DNA of 64,000 bases, taken from assembly GCF_009914755.1 (NCBI RefSeq), contig NC_060933.1; one strand, 5' to 3'. Source of the DNA: the human T2T-CHM13v2.0 reference genome, Homo sapiens. Below are positions 1-14,000 of the stretch, piece after piece. Position numbers and translations under genes: made by a program. The first letter of the stretch is position 1, and every line of letters starts with the position of its first letter. The notes beneath the pieces are model-generated. The model saw only the letters and a list, made by a program, of their open reading frames with translations. It ran no database searches and was not told the DNA's origin.

Positions 1-1346
1 GGAATGGACTAAACCCGAGTGGAATGGCATGGAGTGGAGTGGAATGGAATGGAATGGAATGGAATGGAATGGTACGGAATAGAATGGAATGGAAAGACAT
101 GGAATGGAATGGAATGGAATGGAATGGAATGGAATGGAATGGAATGAACCCGTGTGCAATGGAATGGAATCGAATGGAATGGAATGGATTGGAATGGATT
201 CAACTCGAATGGAATGGAAAGGAATGGAATCAACCCGAGTGGAATGGCATGGAATGGAATGGAATGGAATGGAATGGAAAGGAATGGAATGGAATGGTAC
301 GGAATAGAATGGAAAGGAACGAAATGGAATGGAATGAAATGGAATGGAATGGAATGGAATGGAATGGAATGGAATGGAATGGAATGGAATGGAATGGAAT
401 CAACCCGAGTGCAGGGGAATGGAATGGAATTGAAGGCAATGGAATGGAATCATCCGGAATTGAATGGAATGGAATGGAATCAACTCGATTGCAATGGAAT
501 GGAATGGAATGGAATGGAATGGAATGGAATGGAATGGAATGGAATGGAATTAACCCGAATAGAATGGAATGGAATGGAATGGAAGTAAATGGAATGGAAG
601 GTAATGAACCCGAGTGCAGGGGAATGGAATGGAATGGAATGCAATAGAATGGAGTCATCCGGAATGGAACGGAAAGGAATGGAATGGAACCAACCCGTGT
701 GCAATGGAATTGAAAGGAATGGAATGGAATGGAATGGAATGGAATGGAATGGATTCAACCCGAATGGAATGGAAAGGAACGGAATTAACCTAAGTGGAAT
801 GGCATGGAATGGAATGGATAGGAATGGAATGGAATGGAATGGTACCGAATGGGATAGAATGGAATGGTACCGAATAGAATGGAATGGAACGAAATGGAAT
901 GGAATGGAATGGAATGGAATGGAATGAACCCGTGTGCAATGGATTGGAATGGAATGGAATGGAATGGAATGGGTTCGACTCGAATGGAACGGAATGGAAT
1001 GAAATCAAACCGAGTGGAATGGCATGGAATGGAATGGAATGGAATGGAATGGAATGGAATGGAATGGAATGGAAACAACACGAGTGCAATGTAATGGAAT
1101 CGAATGGAATGGAATGCAATGGATTCAACCCGAATGGAATGGAAACGAATGGAATAAAACCGAGTGGAATGGCATGGAATGGAGTCTAATGGAATGGAAT
1201 GGAATCGAATGGTATGGAATAGAATGGAATGGAACGAAATGGAATGGAATGGAATGGAATGAAATGAACCCGTGTGCAATGGAATGGAATGGAATGGAAT
1301 GGAATGGAATGGATTCAACTCGAATGGAATGGAAAGGAATGGAATC

Positions 1347-4300
1347 AACCCGAGTGGAATGGCATGGAATGGAATGGAATGGAATGGAATTAACCCTAAT
1401 AGAATGGAATGGAATGGAATGGAATTGAATGGAATGGAATGGAATGGAAGGAAATGGAATGGAATGGAATGGAATGGAATGGAATGGAATGGTACGGAAT
1501 AGAATGGAATGGAACGAAATGGAATGGAATGGAATGGAATGGAATGGAATGGAATGGAATGGAATGGAATCAACCCGAGTGCAGGGGAATGGAATGGAAT
1601 GGAAGGCAATGGAATGACATCATTCGGAATTGAATGGAATGGAATGGAATGGAATGGAATCAACTCGATTGAAATGGAATGGAATGGAATGGAATGGAAT
1701 GGAATGGAATGGAAGTGAATGGAATGGAATGGAATGAAACCGAGTGCAGGGGAATGGAATGGAATGGAATGCAATGGAATGGAGTCATCCGGAATGGAAC
1801 GGAATGGAATGGAATGGAATCAACCCGAGTGCAATGGAATGGAATGGAATGGAAAGGAATGGAATGGAATGGACTCAACCCGAATGGAATGGAAAGGAAT
1901 GGAATCAACCCGAGAGGAATGGCATGGAATGGAATGGAATGGAATGGAGTGGAATGGTACAGAATAGAATGTAATGGAACGAAATGGAATGGAATGGAAT
2001 GGAATGGAATGGAATCATTCCGAGTGGAATAGAAGGGAATGTTTTCGAGTGGAATGAAAAGGAATGGAATCAACCAGAGTGGAATGGAATGGAATCGAGT
2101 GGAATGGAATGCAATCGAATGGAATGGAAAGGAATAGAATGGAATCAACCCGAGTGGAATGGAATGGAAAGGACTGGAATGGAATGGAATGGAATGCAAT
2201 GGAATCAACTCGATTGCAATGAAATGGAATGGAATGGAATGGAATGGAATGGAATGGAATTAACCGGAATAGAATGGAATTGAATGGAATGGAAAGGAAT
2301 GGAATGGAATAGAATGGAATGGAATGGATTCAACTCGAATGGAATGGAAAGGAATGGAATCAACCCGAGTGGAATGGCATGGAACGGAATGGAATGGAAT
2401 GGAATGGAATGGAATTAACCCTAATAGAATGGAATGGAACGAAATGGAATGGAATGGAATGGAATGGAACGGAAAGGAATGGAATGGATTCAACTCGAAT
2501 GGAATGGAAAGGAATGAAATCAACCCGAGTGGAATAGCATGGATTGGAATGGAAAGGAATGGAATGGAATGGTACGGAATAGAGTGGAATGGAACGAAAT
2601 GGAATGGAATGGAATGGAATGGAATGGAATGGAATGGAATGGAATGGAATGGAATCAACCCGAGTGCAGGGGAATGGAGTGGAATGGAAGGCAATGGAAT
2701 GGAATCATCCGGAATGGAATGGAATGGAATGGAATGGAATGGAATGGAATGGAATGGAATCAACCTGAGTGCAGGGGAATGGAATGCAATGGAATGCAAT
2801 GGAATGGAATGCAATGGAAACAACTCGATTGCAATGGAATGGAATGGAATGGAATGGAATGGAATGGAATGGAATGGAATTAACCTGAACAGAATGGAAT
2901 GGAATGGAATGGAATGGAACGGAATGGAATGGAATGGAATGGAATGGAATCAACCCGAGTGCAGGGGAATGGAATGGAAGGAAATGCAATGGAATGGATT
3001 CATCCGGAATGGAATGGAATGGAATGGAATGCAATGGAATGGAATCAATCAACCCGAGTGCAATGCAATGGAGTGGAATGGAATGGAATGGAACGGAAAC
3101 TACCCGAATGGAATGGAATCTAATGGAGTGTAAGGGAATTGAAAAGAATCAATCCGAATGTAATGGAATGGAATGGAACGGAATGAAATGGAATGGCATG
3201 GAATGGAATGGAATTAACCCGAGTTCAATGGAATGGAATTGAACGGAATGGAATGGAAAGGAATGGATTCAACCCGAATGGAATGGAAAGGAATGGAATG
3301 GAATGGAATGGAATGGTACGGAATAGAATGGAATGGAACGAAATGGAATGGAATGGAATGGAATGGAATGGAATGGAATGGAATGGAATGAACCCGTGTG
3401 CAATGGATTGGAATGGAATGGAATGGAATGGAATGGAATGGAATGGAATGGAATGGTTTCAACTCGAATGGAATGGAAAGGAGTGGAATCAACCCGAGTG
3501 GAATGGCATGGAACGGAATGGAATGGAATGGAATGGAATGGAAAGGAATGGAATAGAATGAAATGGAATGGAATGGAATGGAATGGAAACAACACGAGTG
3601 CAATGTAATGGAATCGAGTGGAATGGAATTGAATGGATAGGAATGGATTCAATCCGAATGGAATGGAAAGGAATGGAATAAACCCAAGAGGAATAGCATG
3701 GAATGGAGTGGAATGGAATGGAATGGAAAGGAATGGTATGGAATAGAATGGAATGGAACTAAATGGAATGGAATGGAATGGAATGGAATGGAATAGAATG
3801 AACCCGTGTGCAATGGAATGGAATGGAATGGAATGGAATGGAATGGAATGGAATGGATTCAACTCGAATGGAATGGAAAGGAATGGAATCAACCCGAGTG
3901 GAATAGCATGGATTGGAATGGAAAGGAATGGAATGGAATGGTACGGAATAGAGTGGAATGGAACGAAATGGAATGGAATGGAATGGAATGGAATGGAATC
4001 AACCCGAGTGCAGGGGAATGGAGTGGAATGGAAGGCAATGGAATGGAATCATCCGGAATTGAATGGAATGGAATGGAATGGAATGGAATCAACTCGATTG
4101 AAATGGAATGGAATGGAATGGAATGGAGTGGATGGGAATGGAATGGAATGTAATGAACCCGAGTGCAGGGGAATGGAATGGAATGGAATGCAATGGAATG
4201 GAGTCATCCTGAATGGAACGGAATGGAATGGAATGGAATCAACCCGTGTGCAATATAATGGAATCGAAAGGAATGGAATGGAATGGAATGGATTCAACCC

Positions 4301-7300
4301 AAATGGAATGAAAAGGAATGGAATAAACCCGAGTGGAATGGCATGGAATGGAGTGGAATGGAATGGAATGGAATGGTACAGAATAGAATGGAATGGAACG
4401 AAATGGAATGGAATGGAATGGAATGGAATGGAATGGAATGGAACGGAATGCAATGGAATGGAATGGAATGGAATGAACCCGTGTGCAATGGAATGGAATG
4501 GAATGGAATGGGTTCAACACTAATGGAATGCAAAGGAATGGAATCAACACGAGTGGAATGGCATGGAATGGAATGGAATGGAATGGAATGGAATGGAATG
4601 GAATGAAATGGAATGGAATGGAATGGAATGGAATCAACCTGAGTGCAGTGTAATGGAATCGAATGGAATGGAATGGAATGGAATGGATTCAACACGAATG
4701 GAATGGAAAGGAATGGAATAAAACCGCGTGGAATGGCATGGAATGGAGTGGAATGGAATGGAATGGAATGGAATGGAATCAACCCGAGTGCAATGTAATG
4801 GAATCGAATGGAATGGAATGGAATGGAATGGATTCAACCGGAATGGAATGGAAAGGAATGGACTAAACCCGAGTGGAATGGCATGGAGTGGAGTGGAATG
4901 GAATGGAATGGAATGGAATGGAATGGTACGGAATAGAGTGGAATGGAACGACATGGAATGGAATGGAATGGAATGGAATGGAATGGAATGGAATGAACCC
5001 GTGTGCAATGGAATGCAATCGAATGGAATGGAATGGATTGGAATGGATTCAACTCGAATGTAATGGAAAGGAATGGAATCAACCCGAGTGGAATGGCATG
5101 GAATGGAATGGAATGGAATGGAATGGAATGGAATGGAATGGAATGGTACGGAATAGAATGGAAAGGAACGAAATGGAATGGAATGAAATGGAATGGAATG
5201 GAATGGAATGGAATGGAATGGAATGGAATGGAATCAACCCGAGTGCAGGGGAATGGAATGGAATTGAAGGCAATGGAATGGAATCATCCGGAATTGAATG
5301 GAATGGAATGGAATCAACTCGATTGCAATGGAATGGAATGGAATGGAATGGAATGGAATGGAATGGAATGGAATGGAATGGAATGGAATTAACCCGAATA
5401 GAATGGAATGGAATGGAATGGAAGTAAATGGAATGGAAGGTAATGAACCCGAGTGCAGGGGAATGGAATGGAATGGAATGCAATGGAATGGAGTCATCCG
5501 GAATGGAACGGAAAGGAATGGAATGGAACCAACCCGTGTGCAATGGAATTGAAAGGAATGGAATGGAATGGAATGGAATGGAATGGAATGGATTCAACCC
5601 GAATGGAATGGAAAGGAAGGGAATCAAACCAAGTGGAATGGCATGGAATGGAATGGATAGGAATGGAATGGAATGGAATGGTACCGAATGGAATAGAATG
5701 GAATGGTACCGAATAGAATGGAATGGAACGAAATGGAATGGAATGGAATGGAATGGAATGGAATGAACCTGTGTGCAATGGATTGGAATGGAATGGAATG
5801 GAATGGAATGGAATGGGTTCGACTCGAATGGAACGGAATGGAATGAAATCAAACCGAGTGGAATGGCATGGAATGCAATGCAATGGAATGGAATGGAATG
5901 GAATGGAATGGAATGGAATGGAATGAACCCGTGTGCAATGGAATGGAATCGAATGGAATGGAATGGAATGCAAAGGATACAACTCGAATGGAATTGAAAG
6001 GAATGAAATCAACCCGAGTGGAATGGCATGGACTGGAATGGAATGGAATGGCATGGAATGGAATGGAATTGAATGGTACGGAATAGAATCGAATGGAACG
6101 AAATGGAATGGAATGGAATGGAATGGAATGGAATGGAAACAACCCGAGTGCATGGTAATGGAATGGAATGGAAGGAAATGGAATGGAATCATCCGGAATG
6201 GAATGGAATGGAATGGAATGGAATGGAATGGAATGGAATCAACTCGATTGCAATGGAATGGAATGGAATGGAATGGAATGGAATGGAATTAACCCGGATA
6301 GAATCGAATGGAATGGAATGGAATGGAATGGAATGGAATGGAATGGAAGGGAATGGAATGTAATGGAATGGAATGGAATTAACCCGAATAGAATGGAATG
6401 GAACGGAAAGGAAGGGAATGGAATGGAATGTAATCAACTCCAGTGCAGGGGAATACAATGGAATGGAATGAAATGGAATGGAGTCATACGGAATGGAAGG
6501 GAATGGAATGGAATCAACCAGAGTGCAATGGAATGGAGTGGAATGGAATGGAATAGAATGGAAACAACACGAATGGAATAGAATGTAATGGAGTGTAAGG
6601 GAATTGCATATAATCAATCCGAATGTAATGGAATGGAACGGAAAGGAATGGAATGGAATGGAATGGAATGGAATGGAATGGAATTGAATGAAATGGAATG
6701 GCATGGAATGGAATGGAATCAACCCGAGTTCAATGGAATTGAATGGAATGGAATGGAATGGAATGGAATGGAATCAACTAGATTGCAATGGAATGGAATG
6801 GAATGGGATGGAATGGAATGGAATGGAATGGAATGGAATTAACCCTAATAGAATGGAATGGAATGGAATGGAATGGAATAGAATGGAATGGAATGGAATA
6901 GAATGGAATGGAAAGGAATGGAATGGAATGGAATGGAATGGAATTAACCCGAGTTCAATGGAATTGAATGGAATGGAATGGAATGGAATGGAATGGAATG
7001 GAATCAACTCGATTGCAATGGAATGGAATGGAATGGGATGGAATGGAATGGAATGGAATGGAATGGAATTAACCCTAATAGAATGGAATGGAATGGAATG
7101 GAATGGAATAGAATGGAATGGAAGGGAATGGAATGGAATGGAATGGAATGGAATTAACCCGAATAGAATGGAATGGAATGGAATGGAATGGAATGGAATG
7201 GAATGGAATGGAATCAACTCGATTTCAATGGAATGGAATGGAATGGAATGGAATGCAATGGAAGGGAATGGAATGGAATGGAATGAAATTAACCCGAATA

Positions 7301-10300
7301 GAATGGAATGGAATGGAATGGAATGGAATGGAATGGAATGGAATGGAATGGAATAGAATGGAATCCACCCGAGTGCAAGGGAATGGAATGGAATGGAATG
7401 CAATGGAATGGAATCATACGGAATGGAATGGAATGGAATGGAATGCAATGGAATGGAATGGAATCACCCGATTGAAATGGAATGGAGTGGAATGGAATGG
7501 AATGGAATGGAAACAACCCGAAAGGAATGGAATGTAATGGAGAGTAAGGGAATTGAATAGAATCAATACGAATGTAATGGAATGGAATGGAACAGAATGG
7601 AATGCGATCAACCCGAGTGAAATGGAATGGAATCGAAAAGAATGGTATGGAATGGAATGGTTTCAACCCGAATGGAATGGAAAGGAATGGAATCAACCCG
7701 AGTGGAATGCAATGGAATGGAATGGAATGGAATGGGTTCAACTCGAATGGAATGGAAAGGAATGGAATCAACCTGAGTGGAATGGCATGGAATGGAATGG
7801 AATGGAATGGAAGGGAATGGAATGGAATGGAATTAACCTGAAGAGAATGGAAGGGAATGGAATGGAACGGAACGGAATGGAATGGAATGGAATGGAATGG
7901 AATGGAATGGAATGCAATGGAATGGGATCAACCCGAGTACAGGGGAATGGAATGCAATGGAATGCAATGGAATGGAATCATCCCGAATGGAATGGAATGG
8001 AATGGAATGCAATGGAATGGAATCAATCAACCCGAGTGCAATAGAATGCAGTGGAATGGAATGGAATGGTATGGAAACTACCCGAATGGAATAGAATGTA
8101 ATGGAGTGTAAGGGAATTAAAAAAAATCAATCCGAATGTAATGGAATTGAATGGAACGGAATGGAATGGAATGGAATGGAATGGAATGGAATTAACCCGA
8201 ATAGAATGGAAAGGAATGGAATGGAATGGAATGGAATGTAATGGAATGGAATGGAATGGAACAGAAAAGAATGGAATGGAACGAAATGGAATGGAATGAA
8301 ATGGAATGGAATGGAATGGAATGGAAACAACCCGAGTGCAGGGGAATGGAATGGAATTGAAGGCAATGGAATGGAATCATCCGGAATTGAATGGAATGGA
8401 ATGGAATCAACTCGATTGCAATGGAATGCAATGGAATGCAATGGAATGGAATGGAATGGAATGGAAGGGAATGGAATGGAATGGAATGGAATTAACCCGA
8501 ATAGAATGGAATTGAATGGAATGGAATGGAATGGAAGTAAATGGAATGGAATGTAATGAACCCGAGGGCAGGGGAATGGAATGGAATGGAATGCAATGGA
8601 ATGGAGTCATCCGGAATGGAACAGAAAGGAATGGAATGGAATCAACCCGTGTGCAATGGAATGGAAAGGAATGGAATGGAATGGAATGGAATGGATTCAA
8701 CCCGAATGGAATGGAAAGGAAGGGAATCAACCCAAGTGGAATGGCATGGAATGGAATGGAATGGAATGGAATGGAATGGTACCGAATAGAATGGAATGGA
8801 ACGAAATGGAATAGAATGGAATGGAATAGTATGGAAACAACCCGAATGGAATGGAATGAAATGGAGTGTAAGGGAATTGAATACAATCAATCCGAATGTA
8901 ATGGAATGGAATGGAACGGAATGGAATGGAATGGAATGGAATGCAGTGGAATGGAATCAAACCTAGTGCAATGGAATGGAATGGAATGGAATGGAATGGA
9001 ATGGAATGGAATGGAATGGAATGGATTCAACCCAAATGGAATGGAAAGCAATGGAATCAACCCGAGTGGAATGGCATGGAATGGAATGGAACGGAATGGA
9101 ATGGAATGGAATGGAATGGAATGGAATGGTACGGAATAGAATGGAATGGAACGAAATGGAATGGAATGGAATGGAATGGAACGGAAAGGAATGGAATGGA
9201 TTCAACTCGAATGGAATGGAAAGGAATGGAATCAACCCGAGTGGAATAGCATGGATTGGAATGGAAAGGAATGGAATGGAATGGTACGGAATAGAGTGGA
9301 ATGGAACGAAATGGAATGGAATGGAATGGAATGGAATGGAATGGAATGGAATCAACCCGAGTGCAGGGGAATGGAGTGGAATGGAAGGCAATGGAATGGA
9401 ATCATCCGGAATGGAATGGAATGGAATGGAATGGAATGGAATGGAATGGAATCAACCTGAGTGCAGGGGAATGGAATGCAATGGAATGCAATGGAATGGA
9501 ATGGAATGGAATGCAATGGAAACAACTCGATTGCAATGGAATGGAATGGAATGGAATGCAATGGAAACAACTCGATTGCAATGGAATGGAATGGAATGGA
9601 ATGGAATGGAATGCAATGGAATGCAATGGAATGGAATGGAATGGAATTAACCTGACCAGAATGGAATGGAATGGAATGGAATGGAACGGAATGGAATGGA
9701 ATGGAATGGAATCGAATCAACCCGAGTGCAGGGGAATGGAATGGAAGGGAATGCAATGGAATGGATTCATCCGGAATGGAATGGAATGGAATGGAATGCA
9801 ATGGAATGGAATCAATCAACCCGAGTGCAATGCAATGGAGTGGAATGGAATGGAATGGATCGGAAACTACCCGAATGGAATGGAATGTAATGGAGTGTAA
9901 GGGAATTGAAAAGAATCAATCCGAATGTAATGGAATGGAATGGAACGGAATGAAATGGAATGGCATGGAATGGAATGGAATCAACCCGAGTTCAATGGAA
10001 TGGAATTGAACGGAATGGAATGGAAAGGAATGGATTCAACCCGAACGGAATGGAAAGGAATGGAATGGAATGGAATGGAATGGTACGGAATAGAACGGAA
10101 TGGAACGAAATGGAATGGAATGGAATGGAATGGAATGGAATGGAATGGAATGAACCCGTGTGCAATGGATTGGAATGGAATGGAATGGAATGGAATGGAA
10201 TGGAATGGAATGGAATGGTTTCAACTCGAATGGAATGGAAAGGAATGGAATCAACCCGAGTGGAATGGCATGGAATGGAATGGAATGGAATGGAATGGAA

Positions 10301-11082
10301 TGGAAAGGAATGGAATAGAATGAAATGGAATGGAATGGAATGGAATGGAAACAACACGAGTGCAATGTAATGGAATCGAGTGGAATGGAATTGAATGGAT
10401 AGGAATGGATTCAATCCGAATGGAATGGAAAGGAATGGAATAAACCCGAGAGGAATAGCATGGAATGGAGTGGAATGGAATGGAATGGAATGGAATGGTA
10501 TGGAATAGAATGGAATGGAACTAAATGGAATGGAATGGAATGGAATGGAATAGAATGAACCCGTGTGCAATGGAATGGAATGGAATGGAATGGAATGGAA
10601 TGGAATGGATTCAACTCGAATGGAATGGAAAGGAATGGAATCAACCCGAGTGGAATAGCATGGATTGGAATGGAAAGGAATGGAATGGAATGGTACGGAA
10701 TAGAGTGGAATGGAACGAAATGGAATGGAATGGAATGGAATGGAATGGAATGGAATGGAATCAACCCGAGTGTAGGGGAATGGAGTGGAATGGAAGGCAA
10801 TGGAATGGAATCATCCGGAATTGAATGGAATGGAATGGAATGGAATGGAATCAACTCGATTGAAATGGAATGGAATGGAATGGAGTGGATGGGAATGGAA
10901 TGGAATGTAATGAACCCGAGTGCAGGGGAATGGAATGGAATGGAATGCAATGGAATGGAGTCATCCTGAATGGAACGGAATGGAATGGAATGGAATCAAC
11001 CCGTGTGCAATATAATGGAATCGAAAGGAATGGAATGGAATGGAATGGATTCAACCCAAATGGAATGAAAAGGAATGGAATA
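1347..11082 (+). repeat. Higher-order unit 1 (~9.74 kb; lacks ~1.9 kb relative to unit 2)
   Basis: Rare markers recur at ~9.7-kb offset: GTTTTCGAG 2041/11782, A8 run 8119/17840, GGACTAAACCCG 4860/14591. ORF-track translations are near-identical (7553 vs 17274). Confidence 0.88.
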
Positions 11083-14000
11083 AACCCGAGTGGAATGGCA
11101 TGGAATGGAATGGAATGGAATGGAATTAACCCTAATAGAATGGAATGGAATGGAATGGAATTGAATGGAATGGAATGGAATGGAAGGAAATGGAATGGAA
11201 TGGAATGGAATGGAATGGAATGGAATGGAATGGAATGGTACGGAATAGAATGGAATGGAACGAAATGGAATGGAATGGAATGGAATGGAATGGAATGGAA
11301 TGGAATGGAATGGAATCAACCCGAGTGCAGGGGAATGGAATGGAATGGAAGGCAATGGAATGACATCATTCGGAATTGAATGGAATGGAATGGAATGGAA
11401 TGGAATCAACTCGATTGAAATGGAATGGAATGGAATGGAATGGAATGGAATGGAAGTGAATGGAATGGAATGGAATGAAACCGAGTGCAGGGGAATGGAA
11501 TGGAATGGAATGCAATGGAATGGAGTCATCCGGAATGGAACGGAATGGAATGGAATGGAATCAACCCGAGTGCAATGGAATGGAATGGAATGGAAAGGAA
11601 TGGAATGGAATGGACTCAACCCGAATGGAATGGAAAGGAATGGAATCAACCCGAGAGGAATGGCATGGAATGGAATGGAATGGAATGGAGTGGAATGGTA
11701 CAGAATAGAATGTAATGGAACGAAATGGAATGGAATGGAATGGAATGGAATGGAATCATTCCGAGTGGAATAGAAGGGAATGTTTTCGAGTGGAATGAAA
11801 AGGAATGGAATCAACCAGAGTGGAATGGAATGGAATCGAGTGGAATGGAATGCAATCGAATGGAATGGAAAGGAATAGAATGGAATCAACCCGAGTGGAA
11901 TGGAATGGAAAGGACTGGAATGGAATGGAATGGAATGCAATGGAATCAACTCGATTGCAATGAAATGGAATGGAATGGAATGGAATGGAATGGAATGGAA
12001 TTAACCGGAATAGAATGGAATTGAATGGAATGGAAAGGAATGGAATGGAATAGAATGGAATGGAATGGATTCAACTCGAATGGAATGGAAAGGAATGGAA
12101 TCAACCCGAGTGGAATGGCATGGAACGGAATGGAATGGAATGGAATGGAATGGAATTAACCCTAATAGAATGGAATGGAACGAAATGGAATGGAATGGAA
12201 TGGAATGGAACGGAAAGGAATGGAATGGATTCAACTCGAATGGAATGGAAAGGAATGAAATCAACCCGAGTGGAATAGCATGGATTGGAATGGAAAGGAA
12301 TGGAATGGAATGGTACGGAATAGAGTGGAATGGAACGAAATGGAATGGAATGGAATGGAATGGAATGGAATGGAATGGAATGGAATGGAATCAACCCGAG
12401 TGCAGGGGAATGGAGTGGAATGGAAGGCAATGGAATGGAATCATCCGGAATGGAATGGAATGGAATGGAATGGAATGGAATGGAATGGAATGGAATCAAC
12501 CTGAGTGCAGGGGAATGGAATGCAATGGAATGCAATGGAATGGAATGCAATGGAAACAACTCGATTGCAATGGAATGGAATGGAATGGAATGGAATGGAA
12601 TGGAATTAACCTGAACAGAATGGAATGGAATGGAATGGAATGGAACGGAATGGAATGGAATGGAATGGAATGGAATCAACCCGAGTGCAGGGGAATGGAA
12701 TGGAAGGAAATGCAATGGAATGGATTCATCCGGAATGGAATGGAATGGAATGGAATGCAATGGAATGGAATCAATCAACCCGAGTGCAATGCAATGGAGT
12801 GGAATGGAATGGAATGGAACGGAAACTACCCGAATGGAATGGAATCTAATGGAGTGTAAGGGAATTGAAAAGAATCAATCCGAATGTAATGGAATGGAAT
12901 GGAACGGAATGAAATGGAATGGCATGGAATGGAATGGAATTAACCCGAGTTCAATGGAATGGAATTGAACGGAATGGAATGGAAAGGAATGGATTCAACC
13001 CGAATGGAATGGAAAGGAATGGAATGGAATGGAATGGAATGGTACGGAATAGAATGGAATGGAACGAAATGGAATGGAATGGAATGGAATGGAATGGAAT
13101 GGAATGGAATGAACCCGTGTGCAATGGATTGGAATGGAATGGAATGGAATGGAATGGAATGGAATGGAATGGAATGGTTTCAACTCGAATGGAATGGAAA
13201 GGAGTGGAATCAACCCGAGTGGAATGGCATGGAACGGAATGGAATGGAATGGAATGGAATGGAAAGGAATGGAATAGAATGAAATGGAATGGAATGGAAT
13301 GGAATGGAAACAACACGAGTGCAATGTAATGGAATCGAGTGGAATGGAATTGAATGGATAGGAATGGATTCAATCCGAATGGAATGGAAAGGAATGGAAT
13401 AAACCCAAGAGGAATAGCATGGAATGGAGTGGAATGGAATGGAATGGAAAGGAATGGTATGGAATAGAATGGAATGGAACTAAATGGAATGGAATGGAAT
13501 GGAATGGAATGGAATAGAATGAACCCGTGTGCAATGGAATGGAATGGAATGGAATGGAATGGAATGGAATGGAATGGAATGGATTCAACTCGAATGGAAT
13601 GGAAAGGAATGGAATCAACCCGAGTGGAATAGCATGGATTGGAATGGAAAGGAATGGAATGGAATGGTACGGAATAGAGTGGAATGGAACGAAATGGAAT
13701 GGAATGGAATGGAATGGAATGGAATGGAATGGAATCAACCCGAGTGCAGGGGAATGGAGTGGAATGGAAGGCAATGGAATGGAATCATCCGGAATTGAAT
13801 GGAATGGAATGGAATGGAATGGAATCAACTTGATTGAAATGGAATGGAATGGAATGGAATGGAGTGGATGGGAATGGAATGGAATGTAATGAACCCGAGT
13901 GCAGGGGAATGGAATGGAATGGAATGCAATGGAATGGAGTCATCCTGAATGGAACGGAATGGAATGGAATGGAATCAACCCGTGTGCAATATAATGGAAT

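Noticed and set aside
8119-8126. A8 run (also 17840-17847) as a retroposon tail
   Set aside because: It is a point-mutated form of TTGAAAAGAATC within the recurrent island, with no element body or target-site duplication.
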